A program made the position numbers and the translations under genes. Positions 1-9,593 of a stretch of DNA of 64,000 nt are shown piece by piece (position 1 is the first letter of the stretch; each line of letters starts with the position of its first letter). The notes beneath the pieces were generated by a model. The model made no database searches. It had not been told where the DNA came from and saw nothing but the letters and a program-made list of their open reading frames with translations. The stretch covers positions 2,740 through 66,739 of the forward strand of contig JAUWSL010000001.1 of the NCBI GenBank assembly GCA_030610085.1. The letters run 5' to 3'. The DNA is from Candidatus Aegiribacteria sp. (GTDB lineage: Bacteria > Fermentibacterota > Fermentibacteria > Fermentibacterales > JCC-6).

Positions 1-654
1 TTCGGATTCCTGAACCTCTAACTCCTCTATTTTCACTGTGTTTCTTACTATCCTGGAGGGTGTTCCTGTTTTGAAGCGTTCCACGTGAAACATTCTTTTC
101 ACCAGATCTTTTTCCAGTGAATCAGCGGAAATATCTCCTATTCGCCCTCCTTTCCAGTGTTCATCCCCCCTGAACAGCCTTCCTTTGAGGAATGTTCCGG
201 CTGCGATCACTACAGTTTTACCTTTGATGCTTCCGTTCTTTCTGCATCTTACTCCGGCTACTTTTGCTGTTGAGCCCTCGAGTGCTGTTACCTCGTCCTC
301 AAGAATCTCTATTCGGTTATTCCCTATACATAACTGCTGTGCTCTCGCATACTCCGCTGCATCGGACTGAACCCTTGGCCCCCATACTGCAGGACCTTTT
401 CTTCTGTTCAGCATTCTGAAATGCAGCCTTGTGGCATCTGCCGACCTCGCCATCGATCCGTCAAGCGCGTCGATCTCCCGTACAATTGTGCCCTTTGCTA
501 TTCCTCCTATTGCAGGGTTACAGGACATCTCACCAATGCGGCGTGTATTTGCCGATATCAGAACGACGCTGCAGCCTGTTCTCCGGGCTGCAAGCGCCGC
601 TTCTATCCCAGCATGACCTCCTCCTATAACTATTACATCCCACTCTTCCTTCAT
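1..654 (-). CDS. mnmG: tRNA uridine 5-carboxymethylaminomethyl modification enzyme MnmG/GidA (5' part; runs off window)
   Basis: Not in ORF track. Reverse complement from ATG at 654 reads MKEEWDVIVIGGGHAGIE (GidA FAD-binding start). ATGA overlap with the mnmE stop. Confidence 0.95.
   Translation of the reverse strand, partial: MKEEWDVIVIGGGHAGIEAALAARRTGCSVVLISANTRRIGEMSCNPAIGGIAKGTIVREIDALDGSMARSADATRLHFRMLNRRKGPAVWGPRVQSDAAEYARAQQLCIGNNRIEILEDEVTALEGSTAKVAGVRCRKNGSIKGKTVVIAAGTFLKGRLFRGDEHWKGGRIGDISADSLEKDLVKRMFHVERFKTGTPSRIVRNTVKIEELEVQESE
77..92. other. parS site (ParB binding)
   Basis: CGTTCCACGTGAAACA, near-palindrome close to consensus TGTTTCACGTGAAACA, origin-proximal, inside mnmG. 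Confidence 0.8.
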
Positions 655-1910
655 TTTCCCACACACATACCTGCCAGAGCTCTTTCGACGCTCAGCTGTA
701 TATTCTCTCCCCTGCCGATTATTCTTCTTGCCTCGATCTCAGCCTCACTCAGGAGTTCTGCTGCCAGATCATACTCCTTCAAAGAGATAAAATTATACGA
801 TTCTTTTACACTCTCTTCTATCCTCTTTGCAGCACAGGACAGAGACATGCTTCCGGGAACTCTTGATATTATTTCCCTCAGCTCCTCTATGCCCTCTCCG
901 GAAACGGATGATACGTTCAGAATCTGTTCTGTTTCAGGTTTGTTCTTCAAATCGCTCTTTGCTGCGATCTCTATTATCTCGCCGGCCTTTTCCCGTATCT
1001 TCTCGGTGGGAGCGGTTCTTCCTCCCTCCGACATCCATATTATCCTGTCCGTTCCGTGAAGGCCATTGATAACAGCTTCCGATGCTGTCCTGTCCAGTCC
1101 GATGCCGTCGTTACCCGCTGTATCACATAGCTGTATCCTTCTTCCGCGTACTTCAAGAAAACAGCTTGAACCATCACGAGTAGTACCTGGTTCATCCGAG
1201 ACGAGTGCTCCGCTCTTTCCTGTCAAGACATTGAAAAGAGTTGATTTTCCTGAGTTTATAGGACCCATTATCATTACTCGGGAACTCTTTTCAATGGATG
1301 CGGCTTCTTCCCTGAAATCTTTCGCGCTGGTCATCAATTCGGTGAAAACGTTTTGAATACTCTCATCTTCTTCATTCAGATGTGTTTCACCGAATTCAAT
1401 ATTACCCTCTATCATTTCTCTTGCTTTTTCTATTTCTCTCATCAATTTCCTGCAGTTTTTTTCCGTTTCCCCTGTAAATACGCTCCGGTCCTTCTCCGTA
1501 TCCCATAACGCCGCAAGTGCTATGATCTGAACAGCACTCAGCCTTCCGTTACCGAACGCCCTTCTTGCGAATTCACCCGGTTCTGCTCTCCTGGCCCCTT
1601 CTTTAATAAGTATTTCAATTATTGCCCTGACTGATCCCGGAATTCCATGACAGATGATCTCAACCATTTCCTCGGCGGTAAAGCTTTTTCCTTCCGGCCA
1701 CGAAACGGCCACAACTTCGTCAACGGTCCGACCGCCCTCAAAGATTCTTCCAACTTTTCTTCTCATTCCTCTAAGCCGGTTCTTTTTGAGGGACATGATC
1801 TTTTCTATAAGCTGGAAAGATCCTTTTCCGCTTACCCTTATGACCGAAAGCGCGGATGTTCCCTCTGGTGTCGCAACGGCACAGATGATTTCAGGTGAGA
1901 TTGAATCCAT
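651..1910 (-). CDS. mnmE: tRNA modification GTPase MnmE/TrmE
   Basis: N-terminal ATPEG..VIRVSG, G1 GPINSGKS, GTTRD, DTAG, C-terminal CVGK; synteny with mnmG and yidC. Confidence 0.93.
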   Translation of the reverse strand: MDSISPEIICAVATPEGTSALSVIRVSGKGSFQLIEKIMSLKKNRLRGMRRKVGRIFEGGRTVDEVVAVSWPEGKSFTAEEMVEIICHGIPGSVRAIIEILIKEGARRAEPGEFARRAFGNGRLSAVQIIALAALWDTEKDRSVFTGETEKNCRKLMREIEKAREMIEGNIEFGETHLNEEDESIQNVFTELMTSAKDFREEAASIEKSSRVMIMGPINSGKSTLFNVLTGKSGALVSDEPGTTRDGSSCFLEVRGRRIQLCDTAGNDGIGLDRTASEAVINGLHGTDRIIWMSEGGRTAPTEKIREKAGEIIEIAAKSDLKNKPETEQILNVSSVSGEGIEELREIISRVPGSMSLSCAAKRIEESVKESYNFISLKEYDLAAELLSEAEIEARRIIGRGENIQLSVERALAGMCVGK

Positions 1911-1948
1911 GTCCTACTTCTCCTGCAAAACGTACTTATCGGGAACTC

Positions 1949-3538
1949 TTAGTTGTTTCCGGTCTCAAGTTTTTTCTTGATAAGCTGCTGCTGCCAGATT
2001 GTCAGCAGACTGTTCATAAACCAGTACATGGTAAGACCAGCGGGGAATCTCATGAAGAGGAATGTCATGACTATCGGCATCATGTACATCATACCCTTCT
2101 GGTTCTGATCGGTCATTGTCATTTTCTGCTGAAGGAACATCGTTATCCCCATAAGAAGAGCAAGTATGCCTATGCCGTGAAGCCCCAGAATGGGTGTCTG
2201 GAACGGGATCAGGATTTCCGGTTTTGACAGATCACTGATCCATAATATGAATGGTGCTCCCCGGAGCTGTACCGAATTGGCCAGAACACGGTACAGAGCA
2301 AAGAACACCGGCATCTGCATGATAAGCGGAAGGCATCCTCCCAGCGGGTTCACGCCCTCTTCTTTGTATAGTTTCTGCATTGCGCTCTGCAGTGCCTTCG
2401 GATCGTTTTTGTACTTCTCCTGCAGTTCCTTCATTTTTGGCTGTACCTGCTTCAGCATAGCCATTGATTTGAAGCTCTTCGTTGTAAGCGGCATAAGTAC
2501 AAGTTTAAGCACTATCGACAGCAGAATTATCTTTATTCCCCAGTTGCTGACGAATGAAATCACAGACGTACAGAACCAGAAAAGCAGTCTTCCTATATCC
2601 CGTATTATCGGCCAGCCGAAGTCAACCAGTCTGCTGGTATCCCTGCCGAGTGCCCTCAGTCTTCCGTATTCAAGGGGACCGGCGAAGATGAATATCTTGT
2701 TATCCTGTAATCCTATTGATGGTGATTCGTCTTCTTCCGAAGCGAAAAGATATCCATATGCCCTGTCGTAGGATTGCGGCATCATAATAATCGCGAAGTA
2801 CTGCGATCTAACCGCTATCCACTCTACATTACCGACCTGGACATCCCCGGTTATATCATTGGATCCTCTGCTCTTGACTTTTTCCGCGTTCCACTGTGCC
2901 TTAAAATATCTTGTGACGTTGGAATTCATTTCACTTATCGGCAGTATTCCCCCGTTAAGCACTGCTATTTCATCTAATCCTTCTGTTTCATATAGGAAGC
3001 CGTACTGCCCTGGTGTGAAGGTATATGTGATCTCTCCATCTCCCGAAGGATCTGTTAGTATCAGCGACTGCGGAATTTCATTCACCAGAATTGTATCTTC
3101 TGATGATGTCTCGTAATTCGTACTATTCCTGATCCAGCTGTTCCCGTCGAAGTTTATGCTTTCTCCGTTTCCGGCACCCGGCATATCCTCGTACTGCGGA
3201 AGTTTCCAGCCTGTTACGGTTCCTCCTGCTGTTGAAATATCTGCCTCGACTATTATTTCATCGTCATCATATATGATTACTTTAATTAATCTTTCTTCAA
3301 GTAATATTTCGTCTGTGTCTGTATCATGTACCTTGACAGATGTCAGTTCATCGCTTTCTTTATCAACAATCGTGGTATCTTCGACTGACAGCTGCTGTTC
3401 CTGCTGTACATATTCCGTAGCCTGCGGCGTATTCTGCGAATTATCGTCCGATGTAGATTTCCCCATGAACTGCCAGCTGATAAACAGCACCGCTGCCATT
3501 AAAACAGCAGCCAGAAGGAGCCTCTTTTGATCACTCAT
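1949..3538 (-). CDS. yidC: Membrane protein insertase YidC
   Basis: N-terminal TM, periplasmic domain, VDFGW, NWG, GVNPLGGCLP, QMPVF, PAGL.YW motifs. Confidence 0.96.
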   Translation of the reverse strand: MSDQKRLLLAAVLMAAVLFISWQFMGKSTSDDNSQNTPQATEYVQQEQQLSVEDTTIVDKESDELTSVKVHDTDTDEILLEERLIKVIIYDDDEIIVEADISTAGGTVTGWKLPQYEDMPGAGNGESINFDGNSWIRNSTNYETSSEDTILVNEIPQSLILTDPSGDGEITYTFTPGQYGFLYETEGLDEIAVLNGGILPISEMNSNVTRYFKAQWNAEKVKSRGSNDITGDVQVGNVEWIAVRSQYFAIIMMPQSYDRAYGYLFASEEDESPSIGLQDNKIFIFAGPLEYGRLRALGRDTSRLVDFGWPIIRDIGRLLFWFCTSVISFVSNWGIKIILLSIVLKLVLMPLTTKSFKSMAMLKQVQPKMKELQEKYKNDPKALQSAMQKLYKEEGVNPLGGCLPLIMQMPVFFALYRVLANSVQLRGAPFILWISDLSKPEILIPFQTPILGLHGIGILALLMGITMFLQQKMTMTDQNQKGMMYMMPIVMTFLFMRFPAGLTMYWFMNSLLTIWQQQLIKKKLETGNN

Positions 3539-3798
3539 TTACGGTTCTCCCATTTGTCCGGAACAGGGTCATATCCGCCTTCTCTAAATGGATGGCATCG
3601 GAGGAGGCGCAGTGCGGCGAGTCTCAATCCCCTGATGGCTCCGTACCTCCTTATAGCGGTTTCCGCATAAACGCTGCACGTTGGCGTATAAATGCAGCTC
3701 GATGGAAACACTGGCGATATGAATCTCCTGTATCCCTTGATTGTACCTATGAGTAAAGATTCTGTTGCTTTTTTAATTCTGCAGTCTCTTTGACTCAT
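3535..3798 (-). CDS. yidD: Membrane protein insertion efficiency factor YidD
   Basis: ISP...C.YTPTCS.YA...RCHPF..GGYDPVP signature. Confidence 0.95.
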   Translation of the reverse strand: MSQRDCRIKKATESLLIGTIKGYRRFISPVFPSSCIYTPTCSVYAETAIRRYGAIRGLRLAALRLLRCHPFREGGYDPVPDKWENRK

Positions 3799-4285
3799 CG
3801 ATGTTTTCTTTTCTGCAGGTATCGTTTTCGATCATGAACATCAGCTTTTCAAAATCCTTGCGTATATCCATCCATCTTGCATCCTGCAGTTTTCCAGATG
3901 GTAATATAACTATATCGGCTCCGACCCTTTTTTTGTTCAGTCCTGTCAGACCCTTGATTCTTCTTCTCATAAGATTTCTTTTTACAGCGTTTCCGCTTCT
4001 GGCGGAAAGTGAAAACCCCAGACGTATATTGCCCAGGGTATTCTTTATGTATACTGCCCTGAATGATACACCCCTGAAAGCCTTACCTTTTCTGAAAACT
4101 CTTCGGAACTGGTAACCTTTCTTCAGGGTTCCCTCTATACTTCTCAGGGAATCAACTGCTTTCTTCCCTTTCTCCTTCTTGCGTTGAGCGTTCTTCGGCC
4201 GCTCTTCGTCGACATTCTCTTCCGGAAACCATGTCTTCTTGCCTTTGACAGGTTGCTTGGCTGGTAGGTTCTTTTCATTAATCAT
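3773..4285 (-). CDS. rnpA: Ribonuclease P protein component; N-terminally extended frame enclosing rpmH (start uncertain)
   Basis: LKK..QFRRVF, RLGFS and GNAVKRN.MRR motifs. The only canonical in-frame starts before the domain are GTG 4288 and ATG 4285. Confidence 0.88.
   Translation of the reverse strand: MINEKNLPAKQPVKGKKTWFPEENVDEERPKNAQRKKEKGKKAVDSLRSIEGTLKKGYQFRRVFRKGKAFRGVSFRAVYIKNTLGNIRLGFSLSARSGNAVKRNLMRRRIKGLTGLNKKRVGADIVILPSGKLQDARWMDIRKDFEKLMFMIENDTCRKENIDESKRLQN
4144..4278 (-). CDS. rpmH: 50S ribosomal protein L34
   Basis: Not in ORF track. Translates [44 protein letters not shown]. Confidence 0.97.
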   Translation of the reverse strand: MKRTYQPSNLSKARRHGFRKRMSTKSGRRTLNARRRKGRKQLIP

Positions 4286-4369
4286 CACTCTTTCCTGAAA
4301 ACTCGCCTTGACGGCGGCGTGATTACTGCATCAGTTTCAACAGTCAGGTAAATATTTATCTCTGGAGTC

Positions 4370-4550
4370 AACGATTGTGGAAGTTAGCCAATATAATCAT
4401 TTATGTCAAGTATTTGGGACTACTCAATGTTCCCTCACCGAGGTTTTCAACAGTGAGCGTTTGCCTGATGTTCAGTTTTTACATAAGTTTATATGTTTCA
4501 TTAAGTTAGCTTATATTATATTTGTTGATATCCTTGTGGATAAACACTGT
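4370..4550. promoter_or_regulatory. DnaA boxes upstream of dnaA (oriC upstream half / autoregulation)
   Basis: Perfect TGTGGATAA 4535-4543; degenerate TGTTGATAT 4523-4531, TTTTCAACA 4444-4452, TGTGGAAGT 4376-4384; AT-rich. Confidence 0.75.
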
Positions 4551-4600
4551 TGTTTACTGCATACTATTACTTTAGGCTATTGCAATTGATTGGACAACCA

Positions 4601-5944
4601 ATGGAATCTTTTAATCCCTCAGACCTGTGGAACCTCTGCCTTGCGGAGGCAGAAAAAAGACTCGAAGCAACCGAATTCGAAGCATGGCTGAAAGACTCAA
4701 CCTACGAAGACATCAACGGTACCAGGCTTGTTATAAGGTTCAGAAACTCATTTGTCGCAGGACATGTTAAATCGCGCTTCGGAGAGATGCTGGATGATAT
4801 TATCCGTAATCTCTCGGGAACGAGCGAACTTGCCCTTCAATTCGTAGGTGACCCAGCCGATCCAGGTCCCTCAGGCACTGAAAGGATTGTTTCGGGGACT
4901 TCTTCGTCTTCTTCCGATTCAACCTTCCTACGTTCCAACTATACTTTTAAACACTTTGTCGTAGGCCCCAGTAATCAGCTGGCCCATGCGGGGGCTCTTG
5001 CAGTCAGTCGTGATATCGGTTCCACAAACTACAATCCTCTTTTCGTATACGGTGGTGTCGGCCTCGGAAAAACTCACCTTATCCAGGCAATCGCACACTA
5101 TCTGAGACAGGAAGGGTCAAAGAGAACTTTCAAGTACCTGTCCACTGAATTTCTTGTAGCAACTTTCATCAAAAGTGTACTTCAGTCGGATTTTACCAGG
5201 TTCAACAGGCTTTTCCATGATATCGATTACCTTCTAATAGACGACATACAGTTTCTGAAAGGAAAAGTCGAAACGCAGGAGGCGTTCTTCCACCGTTTCA
5301 ATGAACTTCACCAGCATGGTAAACAGATAGTCCTAACATCAGACAGGCCACCGCACGAACTTCAGGATCTTCCTGAAAGACTTATCAGCCGTTTTCAGTC
5401 AGGGCTTGTTGCTGATATTAAACCACCTGAATACGAAACCCGTCTTGCGATACTGCACCTTCTGGTAAGAGACGAAGAACTTGAAGTGAGCCAGGATGTG
5501 CTTGATTTCATCGCTTCTTCCATAAGGAAGAACGTCAGGCAGCTGTCTGGTGTAATCCATAGACTTGCAGCAATGTCAAGGCTTACAGGATGCAGCATAG
5601 ACATGGATCTTGCCCAGAAAGAGATCCGTTCCTCTCTCGGAACTATTACAAGAAGGCTTACACCTGGAAACATTACTTCTATTGTTGCAGAAAGTTTTGA
5701 TGTTTCTCCAAGCCAGCTTAAGGGAAGACAGCGGAAGCACAGTGTTCTGATTCCCAGACAGGTATCAATGTCACTTATTCGTGAACTTACTTCCATGTCT
5801 CTCACGGAAATAGGTTCTTTCTTTTCTGGAAGAGATCACTCTACTGTTCTGAATTCCATTGACAGAATAGCAGAACTCAAAGAAAAAACACCGGATCTTG
5901 AACGAAAGATCGCTGAAATAAGACGTAAACTTATTTCAATCTGA
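4601..5944 (+). CDS. dnaA: Chromosomal replication initiator DnaA
   Basis: YTF..FVVG.SN, YNPLFVYGGVGLGKTHL, LLIDDIQF, GRDHSTV; ATG 4601 (MESFNP) chosen as start. Confidence 0.98.
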   Translation: MESFNPSDLWNLCLAEAEKRLEATEFEAWLKDSTYEDINGTRLVIRFRNSFVAGHVKSRFGEMLDDIIRNLSGTSELALQFVGDPADPGPSGTERIVSGTSSSSSDSTFLRSNYTFKHFVVGPSNQLAHAGALAVSRDIGSTNYNPLFVYGGVGLGKTHLIQAIAHYLRQEGSKRTFKYLSTEFLVATFIKSVLQSDFTRFNRLFHDIDYLLIDDIQFLKGKVETQEAFFHRFNELHQHGKQIVLTSDRPPHELQDLPERLISRFQSGLVADIKPPEYETRLAILHLLVRDEELEVSQDVLDFIASSIRKNVRQLSGVIHRLAAMSRLTGCSIDMDLAQKEIRSSLGTITRRLTPGNITSIVAESFDVSPSQLKGRQRKHSVLIPRQVSMSLIRELTSMSLTEIGSFFSGRDHSTVLNSIDRIAELKEKTPDLERKIAEIRRKLISI

Positions 5945-6179
5945 TACTGTTGATTTTTCCTCTTTCAGTTGTGTAAAACTGTCAGTTACGGGTAGTAAAG
6001 GGTATTATAAAATTAACACTTGTGGAAAAGTCTTATTTTGTTATCAGGTTATCAACAAAAGTTGCACACGAACATTTCGCTCATATCTTTCTTGCATGTG
6101 ACATGTCCACATATCCACATGTATAATAACTATCATTATTGTTCTAAATTAATGTATTTATAAAGCTGGAGGAAATCCC
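5945..6179. other. oriC unwinding region (dnaA-dnaN intergenic)
   Basis: Boxes TGTGTAAAA 5970-5978, TGTGGAAAA 6021-6029, TTATCAACA 6049-6057, tandem ATGTCCACA/ATATCCACA 6103-6119. These are followed by six NAN triplets (TAT AAT AAC TAT CAT TAT, 6122-6139; DnaA-trio-like) and an AT-rich stretch. Gene orientation switches just upstream, at rpmH/dnaA. Confidence 0.85.
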
Positions 6180-7301
6180 ATGATTCAACTTCTTGTCAAC
6201 CAATCCGACTTGCTTAAAGGTCTTAATTGTGTTGCCACAGCCCTCCCTACCAGAAGCAGTCTGCCATATCTTACTAATGTTCTTCTTGAAACCGAAGGAG
6301 AGAACCTTCGATTATCTGCAACCGATCTTGATACTACTGTTATTACAACGATACCAGCATCTGTAACTACATCAGGATCAATAACACTACCCGGAAAAAA
6401 ATTGCACGAGATAATCCGTGAACTTTCTGAAGAAGAAGTTCGTTTAAGTGGTACGGGTAATAGAATTACAATAAGCTGCGGGAACGGTTCTTTCACGCTT
6501 AGCGGTAACTCCAGCGAGCAGTTTCCATCCCTTCCATCAAAAAGCGGTGTTGAACCTGCATCCGTTCCAGTAGATGTTTTTTCCGACGCTATAAGAAAAA
6601 CTTCGTATGCAGTTGCAAGGGACGATTACAGGGCAACGCTGAACGGGGCTCTTCTCGATATTGGTGAAAATGGATTTGAGATGGTGGCTACAGATGGTCA
6701 CAGATTAAGCTGTATTACCCTTGGCAGTATATCTTCAGCAGTTAATATCAATGCACTTGTCACTCAGAAAGCTCTGAACCTCTTCGCAAAATTATCCACT
6801 AAGGATGATGTTCTTATCAGGTTCAAAGGATCACAGATCTCTTTTGAATTCGGTGATACGATTATATTCAGCAGAACTATTGATGGTGAATATCCTCCAT
6901 ACAGAAAAGTTATACCGCAGGACAACGATTGTATTCTTTCCACGGACAGAGAAGATCTTATATCCGTTCTTCGAAGGGTCAAGACAATGGCGAATCCCAC
7001 GACTCATCAGATCAAATTCTCACTTGAAAAGGACAAGGTTCTTGTTCATACGGAGAGTGCTGATGCTGGTGATGCCCAGGAAGACCTTACGGCGGAGTAC
7101 AAAGGCAGACCGTTCCATATAGGTTTCAATGGCAATTTCCTTATGGAAATACTTCGTAATATGAGTTGCGAAAGAATTGTACTTAAGATGAAAGACAGCA
7201 ATACGGCTGTTGTGATCAATGATGAGAAGGAAACGGATGGTTCCGACTCATACATTGCGCTCATAATGCCTGTTAAGTTGTCAAAGGCAGCAGAAGAGTA
7301 G
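6180..7301 (+). CDS. dnaN: DNA polymerase III beta clamp
   Basis: SATDLD, VATDGHRL, GEYP.Y..VIP, IGFN..FL, LIMPV; GGAGG RBS. Confidence 0.98.
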   Translation: MIQLLVNQSDLLKGLNCVATALPTRSSLPYLTNVLLETEGENLRLSATDLDTTVITTIPASVTTSGSITLPGKKLHEIIRELSEEEVRLSGTGNRITISCGNGSFTLSGNSSEQFPSLPSKSGVEPASVPVDVFSDAIRKTSYAVARDDYRATLNGALLDIGENGFEMVATDGHRLSCITLGSISSAVNINALVTQKALNLFAKLSTKDDVLIRFKGSQISFEFGDTIIFSRTIDGEYPPYRKVIPQDNDCILSTDREDLISVLRRVKTMANPTTHQIKFSLEKDKVLVHTESADAGDAQEDLTAEYKGRPFHIGFNGNFLMEILRNMSCERIVLKMKDSNTAVVINDEKETDGSDSYIALIMPVKLSKAAEE

Positions 7302-7314
7302 TATCTGGATCAAT

Positions 7315-7590
7315 GTGAGAAAGATCGACAGTCTGATACATGATGTCCTTGATAATTTTCAACTCGATGAGTATCAGAAAAGGAATCGTGTCATGTTGCT
7401 GTGGGAAAACATCATCGGAGAGGAACTTGCCGCCTTCGTAAGACCAGTGGGTTTCGAAGGCTCCGTACTCCTTCTTAAAATAATTCATCCCGCGGCATCA
7501 ATGGAGTTCAGGCTGAGAAAAAAAGAAGTGCTGCTCAAGCTGAATTCAGTATGGAACGAAGATCTCTTTACTGATATAAGAACAGTATAG
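7315..7590 (+). CDS. dciA: DciA/DUF721 family helicase loader
   Basis: W..IIG..LA....P......L.L pattern, ~90 aa, position directly before gyrB. Confidence 0.8.
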   Translation: MRKIDSLIHDVLDNFQLDEYQKRNRVMLLWENIIGEELAAFVRPVGFEGSVLLLKIIHPAASMEFRLRKKEVLLKLNSVWNEDLFTDIRTV

Positions 7591-7615
7591 TTGAGAACGG
7601 CGGAAGGTAAACAGT

Positions 7616-9541
7616 TTGACCGGTAATAATAAGAACTATGACGCTGACTCGATCAAAGTTCTAAAAGGACTTGAACATGTCAGAAAAAGACCGAGTATGT
7701 ATATCGGCTCAACCTCACAGACCGGTCTTCACCACCTTGTCTGGGAGGTTGTTGACAACAGCATTGACGAGGCTCAGTCCGGCTTCTGCTCGCTGATAGA
7801 AGTGATTCTGCACGCCGACGGTTCGGTTTCCGTTAACGATAACGGCCGTGGAATTCCAATCGAAATGCACGAGAGCGGTAAAACGGCACTTGAAGTCGTT
7901 ATGACTACACTCCATGCGGGGGGGAAATTCGATAATACCGCTTACAAGACATCAGGAGGACTTCATGGTGTGGGAGTCAGCGTGGTTAACGCGTTGTCTG
8001 AATGGCTGACTGTTGAGGTTTATAAAGGTGGTAACACCTACAAACAGGGTTTCCTGCGCGGTGACCCTGAGGGACCGCAGGTTAAGAGCGGCAAAACGGA
8101 TCTTAGCGGAACAAGAATCAGGTTCATGCCGGATTATGAGCAGATATTCGAAACGTCGACACTGAATTTCGAAACCCTGTCCGGCAGACTGCGCGAGCTG
8201 GCGTATCTCAATAATGGTTTGAAACTCAATATTACCGATAAGAGGCACGAGAGCGCAGAAAGGCAGGAAGAATACTGCTTCGAAGGGGGCCTGAATTCTT
8301 TTGTGTCCTATATAAACGAAGCACATACTACTCTTCATGAACCCGTAAGAATAAGCGGAGAGTTCGAACTTGATGAAGATGGCCTTATAATTATCGATGT
8401 CGCGCTGCAATACAACAAAGCCTTCCAGGAAGATATATTTTCCTTTGTTAATAACATCAATACAATTGATGGCGGTACACACCTGTCTGGAATGAAATCG
8501 GCTCTCACCAGAACACTTAATGAATATGCGTCTGCAAACAACATGTTCAGCAACAAGGATGATTCCTTCTCGGGAAGTGACGTAAGAGAGGGGTTGGCGG
8601 CCGTAATCAGCGTTAAAATCCCCGATCCGCAGTTCGAGGGGCAGACAAAGACAAGGCTGGGAAACAGAAATGTTCAGGGTGCTGTACTTTCTCACGTCAG
8701 CAGGGGAATATCAACTTTCCTCGAGGAAAACCCCACGATTGCTCGAAACATCATTCAGAAATGCCTTCTTAATCACAGCTCCAGACAGGCAGCGAAGAAA
8801 GCAAGGGAGCTGACAAGAAGGAAATCAGCACTTGAAACCGCAGCCCTTCCCGGGAAGCTTGCTGACTGTACCGTGAACAACCCGGAGGAGGCCGAACTCT
8901 TTATAGTAGAGGGTAATTCGGCTGGAGGTTCTGCAAAACAGGGGCGTAACAGGCATTTCCAGGCCATCCTTCCCCTGAGGGGAAAGATCATCAACGTAGA
9001 GAAGGCACAGCTTGGGAAAGTTCTCCGGAACAACGAAATACGAACAATCATAACAGCGGCAGGAACGGGAATCGAAGAAGATTTTGATATAAGCAACCTC
9101 AGGTATCATAAAATCATAATAATGACTGACGCAGACGTTGACGGGTCCCACATCAGAACCCTGCTGCTTACATTCTTTTACAGGCATATGCCGGAACTTA
9201 TAGAAAACGGATACATCTACGTCGCTCAGCCGCCGCTGTACCTTATAAAGAAAGGAAGCTCAAAAAAATACGCATACAACGAGAAGGAGAGAAAGAAAAT
9301 CGTAAAGGAATTCGATAATACGGGTATTTCAATGCAAAGGTACAAAGGCCTCGGTGAAATGAACCCGGAGCAGTTATGGGCGACTACGATGGATCCCGAA
9401 AAGCGGGTTCTACTGAAGATAAGACTTGAAAACGTAATGCAGGCAAGTCATATTTTTTCAGTTCTCATGGGTGATGATGTCGAACCAAGGCGGGAATTCA
9501 TACAGCAGCATGCCGCTGATGTATTGAATCTTGATATATAG
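7616..9541 (+). CDS. gyrB: DNA gyrase subunit B
   Basis: VRKRPSMYIG, GGLHGVGVSVVNALS, VEGNSAGG, PLRGK, DADVDG, RYKGLGEM. Confidence 0.98.
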   Translation: MTGNNKNYDADSIKVLKGLEHVRKRPSMYIGSTSQTGLHHLVWEVVDNSIDEAQSGFCSLIEVILHADGSVSVNDNGRGIPIEMHESGKTALEVVMTTLHAGGKFDNTAYKTSGGLHGVGVSVVNALSEWLTVEVYKGGNTYKQGFLRGDPEGPQVKSGKTDLSGTRIRFMPDYEQIFETSTLNFETLSGRLRELAYLNNGLKLNITDKRHESAERQEEYCFEGGLNSFVSYINEAHTTLHEPVRISGEFELDEDGLIIIDVALQYNKAFQEDIFSFVNNINTIDGGTHLSGMKSALTRTLNEYASANNMFSNKDDSFSGSDVREGLAAVISVKIPDPQFEGQTKTRLGNRNVQGAVLSHVSRGISTFLEENPTIARNIIQKCLLNHSSRQAAKKARELTRRKSALETAALPGKLADCTVNNPEEAELFIVEGNSAGGSAKQGRNRHFQAILPLRGKIINVEKAQLGKVLRNNEIRTIITAAGTGIEEDFDISNLRYHKIIIMTDADVDGSHIRTLLLTFFYRHMPELIENGYIYVAQPPLYLIKKGSSKKYAYNEKERKKIVKEFDNTGISMQRYKGLGEMNPEQLWATTMDPEKRVLLKIRLENVMQASHIFSVLMGDDVEPRREFIQQHAADVLNLDI

Positions 9542-9593
9542 TGTCCTGTCAAGCACCAGAATGCCCTGTGAATAAAGTAGAAAGAAACCAGGC

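Noticed and set aside
185..1059. Plus-strand ORFs (e.g. 421..1059, 212 aa)
   Set aside because: Antisense shadows of mnmG and mnmE with no motifs.
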